Assembly (NCBI GenBank): GCA_965198115.1
Contig: OZ240241.1
Coordinates: 6,368,001-6,432,000, forward strand
Reading direction: 5' to 3'
DNA: 64,000 bases
DNA from: Candidatus Latescibacterota bacterium
GTDB lineage: Bacteria > Latescibacterota > UBA2968
Below are positions 31,373 through 40,492 of this stretch, piece by piece (positions within the stretch are counted from its first letter, which is position 1; every line of letters starts with the position of its first letter). Under the pieces are notes generated by a model. The model did not search any database. It worked only from the letters and a program-made list of their open reading frames with translations, and was not told the DNA's origin. Both the position numbers and the translations under genes were made by a program.

Positions 31373-32067
31373 TTAGGATGATTCGAACTGGCGCGCGGCT
31401 CGGCGGGTTAAATAGACGAAGAGGGCCAACAGTACCAGTGAAAGCAGCAGCTCCCAGGACGGGTGCTCTCGATCGAGCAGGACGCGCCAGTCCTGCAACT
31501 GGCTGCCGATATAGGTGGCAAGGAGCGTTCGGGGCAACAGGCCGACATAGGAGAACAACCAGATCCTGGCCGATGTCAGCGGCAGGCGGGCACAGACAAG
31601 ATTGGTGAGTGCGAAGGGCATGTGCGGCGACAGGCGCAGCAGAGCGACGGCGGTGGGCAGAAAGGAGCCGGCGGTGTGGACCAGGCGCTGGTAGGTGGCC
31701 CACCAGCCCGCCTTTCGCTGCAGTAACACCTCGAGGAAGTTGGTGCTGAAGAGGTGCCCCAAACCCAGCCCCGGACGGTGGCCCAGGCCAGCCCGGGAAC
31801 GGTGGCGAGATAGGGCCAGGCTCCCGGTAGCAGATAGCCGCAGACCGCCCCTAGGAAAAAGGACGGTAGCAAGGCCAGGCCGACGGCGCTACCGCCGACG
31901 AGGACCAGCCCCAAAGCCAGGAGCGGAGGCGCGATATTCTCGAGAAGGTGGAGGTAGGCGGGGGCAGTCAGCCCGACCAGGGTCATTCCCACCAGGGGGC
32001 CGCCAACGGCGATAGAGGCGATGCTTAAGGCCGCGAATGGTCGGGCTGTGTTGGGGGGTGCAGGCAT
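31373..32067 (-). CDS. VTT/TVP38-TMEM64 (DedA-like) membrane protein (frameshift near 31790)
   Basis: LALLPSFFLG, ALLRLSPHMPFALTNL, GLLPRTLL. Confidence 0.75.
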
Positions 32068-32837
32068 AGGACTTAGTGGGGGGCAGTGTTGGTCCGCGTG
32101 ACATCAACGGTATTCTTTTGACGATCGGGGGATTGAGGATCGCCATCCCTCCTGCATGGCACCTAGTATCAGGCAGCCGGCGGCGCGAAGCGCTGTTGGA
32201 AGGGCGGGGGATATTTTGGGCCGGGCGCCGTTGTAGGCTATTGGCGCGCCCCCTTCACGGTGAAACCCCTTGCGGGGCAGACGTATCAAGCCTTAGACAA
32301 TGGTTTTCTGCTTTTAGCGGCGGCGGAGACGAGGGAAAAATGTATAGCGGTGTGCCCCAGGACTCCAAACTGGACCACCACGAAACACACATTTGACCTG
32401 TCCGCTACCTTTAGCACTACTCATGGGCTGGCGGCCGAAAGGGCGCTGTTAGGATGGCACAGCGTGATACAGTGCTTGGTATGGCTACGTCCCTGCCAAG
32501 AAGGCAAGGCACTACGCTCTCGACAGATCAAGCGATACTTCCTTGGACCGAAGCAAGACCGTTCGAAGGAATGCCCAGTGTTAGGCGGAGGTGCCCGCGG
32601 GGCCAGAGGAATGGGCATCCAGAGCAACGGAACAAGGAACCGCAGACGCAGATCCATTCTCTTGCCAGATGTCATTGGCCAGCACTCCGAGTCGCTATGT
32701 GTGAGGTGTGGCACCTCAGCGAATCCAGCCCAGCATCCGCCCAATAGAGCTGGTCAACCTAGGCTGCCCATCCTCCCACCTTCTGAGGGCAGGTCGTAGC
32801 CGGCTACTGCGGAGAGTGGAGCCCGAGACTGCTCCCA

Positions 32838-32884
32838 GATTCCCTGCCGGACTACACGAGAACGCCGTTATACTTCCTGTCCGC
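32838..32884 (+). repeat. 55-bp junction repeat, copy 4 (diverged)
   Basis: GATTCCCTGCCGGACTACACGAGAACGCCGTTATACTTCCTGTCCGC; shares upstream palindromes with copy 3. Confidence 0.8.
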
Positions 32885-33023
32885 ATTGAGAGTTGAGCAA
32901 CGGAGACCGATCTGCTATCGTTCTCCGTACGATGTACCCTCCTGACGACGATAGCGATGCTTGTCGAGCCGCAGGGCGGTTGGGCATAGCGAACCTTGGA
33001 CCATTAAGCGAGTTGGATTGATT

Positions 33024-34166
33024 ATGGAAAATGGCTCAAATCTCGATGAGCGGTTGCGTGTTCCTTACTCCATCGGCACGGGCGTCCCCGCAGGGGGTGA
33101 CGCGGAGATCGCAGGGTATCTGCAATCGCTGCGCGTCCAAGGTTTCTGCGTCGTTGAGCGTGTGATCCCCGAAGACCTGGTCGGCGCGGTGAGCGCCAGC
33201 GTGCACCAGGGGCGCGAGCTGTTGCTGCAGGACCGCGAGGCGGAGCGGAGTAAACGCCTGGAGCTGGAGCGCCGCAGGAATCCCAGCTACGAGCCTGGCG
33301 ACAGCCGTGTGCGGCCGCCGCAGGAACCCCACACCGAGCTCTGCGACATCGCTCGAAACGAGACTTTCGCCGAATACCTCGTGGAACCGCGCGTGCTGCG
33401 GGTGGCCAGGGCCATGCTCGATACGCACGTCCGAATCCTGCAGACGGAGGTCAACAAGTCGTCGAAGCCGGCGAAGCAGCCGCTGTCCGAAGAGCAGCTG
33501 CTGCGGCGCGGCTGGCATTCCGACTGGCCGCACGACCTGACCGCGTACGGTCCGAGCAGCGAGGAGCCATGGAAGCACTGCGGCGCGGTCGCCCAGCCTT
33601 TCCCCGATGTCTGCATGGCGCTGTCGACGGTCTGGTATCTCGGTCCAGAGGACGTGACTCCATTCAACGGCGGGACATGGATCGTGCCGGGGTCGCACAA
33701 AGACCCGCGCAACCCGCGCGGCCCCGATGACGGCATCGACCAGCACGTGCCAATTCCGGGCGAGTTCCAGGTCTCGGCCCCGGCGGGTTCGGTCTTTATG
33801 CAGGACACGCGGATCTGGCACTCAGGCGCGATAAACCAGAGCGAGCACGAGCGCACGGCGGTGGTGTGCCGCTACGGGCCGTGGTGGCTGTCGGGCAACG
33901 AGTTCGGCAATCTGCACTCGGGCGGCCACACGCTCAGGACCTACGTGCCGCAAGAGGTGTATGCACGATTTTCCCCGGAACTAAAGCTGCTCTACCGGCA
34001 CCTGGCCGAGGGCGATGAGGACGTCCTGCAGCCCGAAAACCAGCACCGGGCAGTCCGTGCCCGGGAAGCGCGCGATCCGAGTCGCACCGGCGACAACAGC
34101 CACGTGGTCGCCGGAGCGATGAGCGTGGAGGAATGGGAACGGAACCGCGCCTTCGTCGGCCAATGA
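33024..34166 (+). CDS. PhyH-family dioxygenase
   Basis: QGFCVVERVIP, GWHSDWPH, NGGTWIVPGSH, DTRIWHSG. Confidence 0.85.
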   Translation: MENGSNLDERLRVPYSIGTGVPAGGDAEIAGYLQSLRVQGFCVVERVIPEDLVGAVSASVHQGRELLLQDREAERSKRLELERRRNPSYEPGDSRVRPPQEPHTELCDIARNETFAEYLVEPRVLRVARAMLDTHVRILQTEVNKSSKPAKQPLSEEQLLRRGWHSDWPHDLTAYGPSSEEPWKHCGAVAQPFPDVCMALSTVWYLGPEDVTPFNGGTWIVPGSHKDPRNPRGPDDGIDQHVPIPGEFQVSAPAGSVFMQDTRIWHSGAINQSEHERTAVVCRYGPWWLSGNEFGNLHSGGHTLRTYVPQEVYARFSPELKLLYRHLAEGDEDVLQPENQHRAVRAREARDPSRTGDNSHVVAGAMSVEEWERNRAFVGQ

Positions 34167-34290
34167 CCACAGCGTGCAGATAATCTCCACCTCTCCTGCC
34201 CGGCGCAAGATACGCCAAGGTATGGCGACTCAAATAATCCGATGATGCCGATTCGTTTTTTGCTCAGTCTGCCTCCTCTAACTCTTCTTA

Positions 34291-35552
34291 GTACTCCTGT
34301 TCTCAAATACGGTGACGTATTCTAAGCAGACTTTGCCAAGGGCGTATCGTAGAACCTGAGTTTGTCGATCATCTCCGCGAGATCTGTTCGTGTGAACTTC
34401 CATTTGAAGGGTGTGGCGATACGTCCGTAGCGTTCCTGAAAACCGAGGATTCTTGCCTCAAGCTCTTCGAGCGATGCAAATTCGATAGGTGTCAGAGCCT
34501 TGCGTTTGAGGATCGAGAAGTAGATCTCGATCTGATTGAGCCAGCTTGCGTGGATCGGAAGGTGAACGGGGTGGATGTTTGGCCACTTCCCCTGGATACG
34601 GTCGATGCATGTTTGCCCTCGGTGCGAGGAGCCATTATCCACGATGAGGTAGACTTTCTTTGCCGAGCAATAGGGTTTCCGGCTCATGATCAGGCTCAGG
34701 AGCCGGTTGAAGGGCTCGATACCCGAAGAAGACTCACAGAGACCGAAGATTCGACCATTGTGCACGTCGAGAGCAGCCAGATAGGCCAGGGCTCCTTTCC
34801 GCTCGTATTCGTGTTTCAACGCGTGCCGCTCTGTTCGAGGCTGGCGGTAGGGTAACGTGCTTGCGAGCTCGTGCTTGAATACTGGTCTTTTCGTCGGCAG
34901 AAAGTACATATTCCCTCGGCCCTAAAGGCTTTCCTTGCCATTGGCGGTGATACAGATCAAGGACTCTACCTGCTTTGGTTTGGAAGTCCGGGTCCCGTGG
35001 GAAAATCCAGGAGCGATGATACCAAGGACGAATCGCGTCCTCGTTCAACCAGCGCCAGACAGTGGCGCCGCTGATCTTGGCAACGAAGCCCCTTTGCACT
35101 GCCTCGGCGGCAATCTCGGAACAGCTGAACCGCGAGAGCGGTATCCCGCTCTCGCTCGGTAGTTCACACGCCAGCGCCTTGATCTGAACGACCACCTGAG
35201 GGGGGAAAACCGGGCGGGCGCCCGGGACGAGATCTATCTTCGAGTCCCGAAAGACGCTCTTCGAAAAAGCGCTTACGCCATTTGCTTACGATCGGACGCG
35301 GGACATCCAACCGTTGGGCGATAATCTTGTTGGATAATCCCTCGGCGGCGAGAAGCACGATTTTCGATCGGATCACTTGATAATACGATAACGTATATTG
35401 TCCAGCCATTCGCTCGAGGTCGACCCGTTCCTTCTCAGACAGTAGCACCACATAAGGCGAATGTCTTGGCATTGTTCTCCTCCTTTTGAAGGAGAACATA
35501 AGCTACAAATAATGTTCAGAACATACGTAATAATGTTTATGAAACCATGCAC
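34291..35552 (-). mobile_element. IS630-family element, copy B (1262 bp)
   Basis: Near-identical to 14415-15676, including the frame breaks; TA on both flanks. Confidence 0.9.
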
Positions 35553-35926
35553 TAAGGGAAGCGCCCACTCGAAGGGCGGTGGTGAGACAGTCGCGTCGAA
35601 CGCCCCGACGACGTTTCCTTGTAGGTGAACGTGTTCCACCCCGGCGAGAGAAAACCGGCCGCTTCACCACTCTGTCGGATTGGGAAATCTCTACGGTTCT
35701 GCCTGCCCCTACAGACTCCACTGCGCAAATACCAGGCAGCGTCATATGCGAAGAAAGGACAGGGCCGATCGGAGGGGGCGTGCCGCTTTGCTATGGATCC
35801 TACAAAGTCGTCGTTGATGCTTACCGGTTCGGCGTGTGCTCCCATATCCTGAACGTGGTCCGGAAGGGGAGGGTATTCGCAAGCCTCATAAAGTCTCCAG
35901 TGGTCCGGTAGCCAAAGCTGTTCCAT
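35553..35926 (-). pseudogene. Cassette 6 hypothetical ORF truncated by IS630
   Basis: Starts about 70 bp after R' at 35995; its stop codon falls at the IS junction. Confidence 0.5.
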
Positions 35927-35994
35927 CCGGCCACGTTTCCGCTTAATCCTATGGCAGCCCAGGGATGGGCCGTCTTTTCTGGCACCGGCATGGC

Positions 35995-36081
35995 ACTTAA
36001 CGTTTCAGGGTTTGCGACGCGCGGCGTAGCCGCGAGTGGGTGGACGGGTTCGGGGTACGGTGCGCAAGCCCGCAGTTAGAC
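35995..36081 (-). other. attC-like site
   Basis: Minus strand: GTCTAAC-TGC-GGGCTTGCG...CGCAAACCC-TGAAAC-GTTAAGT. Confidence 0.85.
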
Positions 36082-36093
36082 GGAGTCCCCTTG

Positions 36094-36834
36094 TCAGCTC
36101 AGCCATGGATACAACGCTTCGTAAACATCCGACTGAACATACCCCAGTTTCTCTGCTAGGCCGACCGACTCTGAGTTTGAGGCATTCCAGTGCGGTTCTA
36201 TTCCGCGTTTCAGGCAGTATGTGATTAGAGTTGTGCACACCGCGGTCGCGAGGCCTTTCCGTCTGTGATCAGGATCCGTGCCTATTTCTATCTCGATGGC
36301 TTCGTCAGTTTGAGTGTAAGAATAGGCTTCGCAGACAACCTTGTCCTCGTTGAGGGCGCAATACCCAACCCCCTTTTCCAGCAAGTCGAGAGGTGAATGG
36401 GCACTCATGCCATCCGAGACGAGGTCTTCATCGATTCTGAGAATCTCATATCCTTCCGGGATCGATCTGCTGAGTTTCACCAAGTGATCAATGTCCAGTC
36501 CGTAGAAGTCAAACCCAACACGCTGCTGTTTACGAAGCTTGTCCTTGTAGAAGGCGATGACTAGATCACGCCACAAATCGCACTCCGGGATGAACATTGT
36601 GTCCGAGAGTTCCCGGAGAAATCCAGAAGCGAGGGCACTGTCCTGGTTACCCGCCAGAAGTGTGAAGTACCCAAACTTCAACACGACAACTTCCGGGTTG
36701 CTCGCTGAGTCGGCAAGCGCCGAGCCGTAGCCATGACCAATAACGGCGTCGATGATTACGCGTTGGCGCCTATGTCCAGCAAATAGTGGTGCCAGCCCGG
36801 ATCTCGAATCAGGAGTGATCGGGACAAAGTCCAA
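36094..36834 (-). CDS. Cassette 5: GNAT-family acetyltransferase
   Basis: IEIEIGTDPDHRRKGLAT, PHWNASNSESVGLAEKLGY. Confidence 0.88.
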   Translation of the reverse strand: MDFVPITPDSRSGLAPLFAGHRRQRVIIDAVIGHGYGSALADSASNPEVVVLKFGYFTLLAGNQDSALASGFLRELSDTMFIPECDLWRDLVIAFYKDKLRKQQRVGFDFYGLDIDHLVKLSRSIPEGYEILRIDEDLVSDGMSAHSPLDLLEKGVGYCALNEDKVVCEAYSYTQTDEAIEIEIGTDPDHRRKGLATAVCTTLITYCLKRGIEPHWNASNSESVGLAEKLGYVQSDVYEALYPWLS

Positions 36835-36880
36835 ATTAATAACCCAAGATTTCTGGGGGTTTCTGAGTTTAGGGGATTCC

Positions 36881-36981
36881 GGCTAACGTCCTGCCATACA
36901 CGACGGCGGCGGAGTGAAACGGAGCCGCTGTGCCCGAGGGGCCAAGGAGCGAAGCGACGCAGCGTGTGTGGTTTGTTATAG
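36881..36981 (-). other. attC-like site
   Basis: Minus strand: CTATAAC-AAA-CCACACACG...CGTGTATGG-CAGGAC-GTTAGCC. Confidence 0.85.
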
Positions 36982-37022
36982 GATGTGCCAGCCCGGGGTG
37001 GAGAGGATGGGCTCATCCGGAT

Positions 37023-38210
37023 TTATGATATGGAATCATACAGCGCTCGTATCACCCGCGTCTTAGACATTTCAATTGGGCGATTCACGCGCAGCTTAGG
37101 AGGCTGATCGGAGAGTGTAAACATGTGTAGCAGAGTTTTGGTATATCCAAAGCCAAGCTTGAGTTGAGGATCGGCAAAGCCCGTTGCGCCACCATAACCA
37201 TCATGTCCAAAAGCTCGCAGATTATTACCATAGTAGAATACTTGATCCTGCTTACCAGTGTTTCTTTGATAGCCCAAAATGCGAGGAGTTTCTTGACGTA
37301 TGCCAAACGTCTTATTCATGAACACGTCCGGTAGATCAGCCTGGTGGGAGAATATCACGTTAAGATGGTCATTTGAAATCAACCGACATCCGTCCACTTC
37401 TGAAACAGTCGCTGCATAATGTTTAGCCAAAGCACGAGCTGACGCACTAATATTGCCACCAGGGATTTCAGCAGACCTCACGTGAGGATGGGTGAATATA
37501 GCACCTAGAGGTTCATCCACAGGAGGAATAACCTCAAAGAAAATGGGATCGAGTTCAGGTAAATCCTCTTCGTTAACTGGTGCATCATAGGCCATGGCCA
37601 TCCTCTCTTGTGCTTCTGCAGGAGTACCAAGGAATAGTTCATTTTGGATATTCAAAGGAATGGCTATTTCGTCTCGGACTAATTGCCCCAGAGTGCGACC
37701 ATCGACTCGTTTTACCAGACCAGCTAAAACCCAACCTATTGTCAATCCATGATAGCAGGACGTCGTTCCAGGCGTAAACATGGGTTCCAATTTGGCTGTT
37801 TCCTCAACAACACGCTCTAAATCACACCACAGGTCCGGGGGGGATATGTTGGGCAAAACGGGCGTCTGGGGAATGCCTGCTACGCTATTCATGACCTGTG
37901 AAATCGTTATCGATTCTTTGCCTGCTACACCAAACTCAGACCAGTAATGTGCGACAGGTTTCTCGTAGTCGATCAACCCCCGTTGGGCCAACATGTGGAA
38001 AGCCGTTAAAATGGGACCTTTAGAGCAACTGAATATGGTGAACAGGGTCTGAGGGCTGACCGCTGTGCTCGAATTCTCCGCGACAACACCCGCAACACAA
38101 TCAGCTATAAGCTCACCATCTAAGTATACGGCGGCCTGCAACCCCACCTCGTGGCCAGAACCGACAAGGTCATCTAATGTCTCTTGAATCACAGACTGTA
38201 TATCAGCCAT
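37023..38210 (-). CDS. Cassette 4: serine hydrolase of the beta-lactamase-like/esterase family
   Basis: SxxK in FSCSKG, PVAHYW.EF...GK, YHG, FGHDGYGG..GFADP; AT-richer than the backbone. Confidence 0.88.
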   Translation of the reverse strand: MADIQSVIQETLDDLVGSGHEVGLQAAVYLDGELIADCVAGVVAENSSTAVSPQTLFTIFSCSKGPILTAFHMLAQRGLIDYEKPVAHYWSEFGVAGKESITISQVMNSVAGIPQTPVLPNISPPDLWCDLERVVEETAKLEPMFTPGTTSCYHGLTIGWVLAGLVKRVDGRTLGQLVRDEIAIPLNIQNELFLGTPAEAQERMAMAYDAPVNEEDLPELDPIFFEVIPPVDEPLGAIFTHPHVRSAEIPGGNISASARALAKHYAATVSEVDGCRLISNDHLNVIFSHQADLPDVFMNKTFGIRQETPRILGYQRNTGKQDQVFYYGNNLRAFGHDGYGGATGFADPQLKLGFGYTKTLLHMFTLSDQPPKLRVNRPIEMSKTRVIRALYDSIS

Positions 38211-38250
38211 TAGGTCAACCTCCCGCTTTTTGGTTTTGGGCTGGCATTTC

Positions 38251-38338
38251 CGCTAACGTTTGAGGAGCCGCGACGCCGCCGAAAAGGCGGTGTGAGTGGT
38301 CGGGTGAGGCTGGGTTACCCGCGGCTCCGGTGTTAAGA
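38251..38338 (-). other. attC-like site
   Basis: Minus strand: TCTTAAC-ACC-GGAGCCGCG...CGCGGCTCC-TCAAAC-GTTAGCG. Confidence 0.88.
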
Positions 38339-38370
38339 GCCGTGCCTGGATCCAGAAGTAGTACCCACCA

Positions 38371-39368
38371 CTATCGGGCAAGGTTCATAGGACTGATGCC
38401 TTCACCAAGTGTGAAGGTTGCCCCAACGGCCCCGACCACACAGGTCGGCCGTGACAGTTCTGCCCGATCCCGGATCTGATATACTGCTTCAAGTCCTGTT
38501 CAGTGGGCTCCGATCAAGTGCTGCAATCCAAATTCTCTCAGATTGCGTGAAGTCCACTCGAGATTCTCGTCGTCAGCACGGAGTAGATGGAAACCGCCCA
38601 GTGCGGCGTGGATGGGGGCCTGACGAACAATGCTTCGACTATACTCCAGCGTATTGATCATGCCAGCGTGACCACAGCCAGATAGAATGACAAGGCCTTG
38701 GTCGGTGTCGATTACAAGTGACTGGCTCTCAGGTATGTTGTCCGGGGTGAGCCCTGTCTCGGTTTTTAGCTTGGCCGAAGTACCCCAGTTCCGTTCGGGG
38801 TGTGGTCTGGGCACCGGTCCTGTGGGCCATACGCCGGGAAAGAGCTGAGATGGCTTGTCGTGTTGGATGACGACTCCGCCTGTCGCCTCGTATTCGGATC
38901 TCATTCGAGCCATTCGGTTTGTCCGCTTGGTGCCATCGGCACGATAGCGATCGAGAAAGATGCCTTCTGCGACGTGGGCTCTGGATAGGGCCGTAGGGTT
39001 CTTCTGCGACAGCTCAGTGCGAAGACGGATCAGCCCACCGGTGTGTCACTATGGTTGTGGCTGAGAACCACGTCGGTGATGTCAGAGAGATCTATATCCA
39101 GCGTCTTCGCATTTCTGAGCACGGTGTCCGGCCATTGCCCGGTATCGAACAGGATTCGCGTCCCATCGGCTTCTACGAGTGCAGCGAAGCCCCACTCGCC
39201 GATTCCACGGAATGGCGATGCCAACATGGTGGAGAGAACCACGATGTGCAGATTCTTGACTCTGTGTCCATTCTCTTCCGCAGATACAATTCTACCCTCG
39301 AGTACAGGGATAACCAGAGAGACGATTAAGGTGCCCAGGAAAGCACGCACATATCTTTTCTGTGTCAT
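38371..39368 (-). CDS. Cassette 3: exported MBL-fold metallo-hydrolase (frameshift near 39045; in-frame TGA at 38500-38502)
   Basis: Signal-like N-terminus, GEWGFA, ILFDTG, LSHNHSD(H)TGG, SGCGHAG, GGFHL, GAH*TG; the frame continues to TAG at 38371. Confidence 0.78.
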
Positions 39369-39428
39369 CTCGTTCTCCCGGGGTGAGGATCAAGGTTTGA
39401 TGACTCGCGCGGGTCGGTTAGGCATGGC

Positions 39429-39517
39429 GCTTAACGATCAAGTGTTCCGCGACGCCGTGCGAAGCACGGTGTGGTTGGATCGGGGTTGGGAGGGGTTCGC
39501 CGGACACGAAGTTAAGC
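39429..39517 (-). other. attC-like site
   Basis: Minus strand: GCTTAAC-TTC-GTGTCCGGCG...CGCGGAACAC-TTGATC-GTTAAGC. Confidence 0.85.
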
Positions 39518-39555
39518 GCCGATACATGGCTCATTCACTCAGACTCGAAGGGTCT

Positions 39556-40082
39556 CTACATATGCACGATTGCATCAATGATCATCCGTGAGAGCCAGAC
39601 AAGCACTACCAGTAGCAGCACGGGAATCACCTCCGAGGCACCCCCGTTTCTCGAACCATCTGACAGAACACCTTCCAGACGATACTGAATAGGAAGACAG
39701 ACTCCGTAGCCTAACAGGGCGCTCAAGAATAGGGGGACCATCGCGGTCTGGAGGCCGAGCCCAAATGACTCACCTCCGATTGCGGGTAAGTTCGACATCA
39801 ATCCGATCAACGTTCCTAGACAACCTCCGGAAATAGCGAAGACGCGAGTGTTTCGCCATCCGCAAATCGCCTCACTTGTCTCTTTCTCGGAAAGCGTACT
39901 GGCCCACAGAGACCGGGCAAGAAGGCGAATCGATGTCCGACTGAGCAGAATGCAGCCACCAGGAAGCCCCACAGATAGATGTGGGAGGGTGTGTCCCAAA
40001 ACAGGTAAGGCTTCCCCGGGCCACTAGTCAATGTCATTAGGACAACGATGACTAGGATCAGGACGAATCCGATGATCCCCAT
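39556..40082 (-). CDS. Cassette 2: membrane protein, MotA/TolQ-like segments (frameshift near 39950)
   Basis: Hydrophobic; G.LGTLIGL...L....G.GL.TA motif; GGAGG RBS. Confidence 0.6.
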
Positions 40083-40194
40083 TACGACCTCCTAGCTCGG
40101 TTTCTGAGGCTTGAAGGACCAGATTAAGAGACTCGAATCTTGGTGTGCGAGAGACTCTCACTGCCGGTTCGTGTAGGACTTGTCTGGCATTGGC

Positions 40195-40278
40195 GCTTAA
40201 CGTTCTCGCCGCTTGCGAACCCGCGCAGCAGGTTGGGTCGAAGCCCGCAGGGCTGAGCCGAAAGCGGTCGTGTTATAG
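40195..40278 (-). other. attC-like site
   Basis: Minus strand: CTATAAC-ACG-ACCGCTTTCG...CGCAAGCGGC-GAGAAC-GTTAAGC. Confidence 0.82.
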
Positions 40279-40492
40279 GATGTGCCAGCCGGGGTGGGGG
40301 GGTGCGGCCTTGCCAGGACGGCGAGGCCGCAAGAGTGAGCGTGTGTTGTGAAGGTACGTTAGGAGGAAGCAGCCGGACTCCCCGCCTTTTCCATCCTGAT
40401 CTCGGTCAGCGAGATAACCTGTATAGCAACTTCAAACACTGCCAGATTGGAAGGCAGGAAGTGTCACAGTGTATGTAAGTTGGGCTGGAGTT

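Noticed and set aside
32100-32780. ORFs or a structured RNA in the long intergenic stretch
   Set aside because: The short ORFs have no recognisable motifs, and I could not support any RNA family by eye.
13006-32884. 55-bp repeats as a CRISPR array
   Set aside because: Copies are 2.5-11 kb apart with whole genes between them; there are no regular spacers and no cas genes.
37023-39368. Cassettes as antibiotic-resistance beta-lactamases of a class 1 integron
   Set aside because: The motifs fit an esterase-like serine hydrolase and a non-B1/B3 MBL-fold hydrolase; no intI1, qacE or sul1 is present.
40412-40433. GTTGCTATACAG-GTTATCT (minus strand) as attI
   Set aside because: It lacks the IR-8-IR feature and does not match the cassette end; the 41919 site next to the recombinase fits better.
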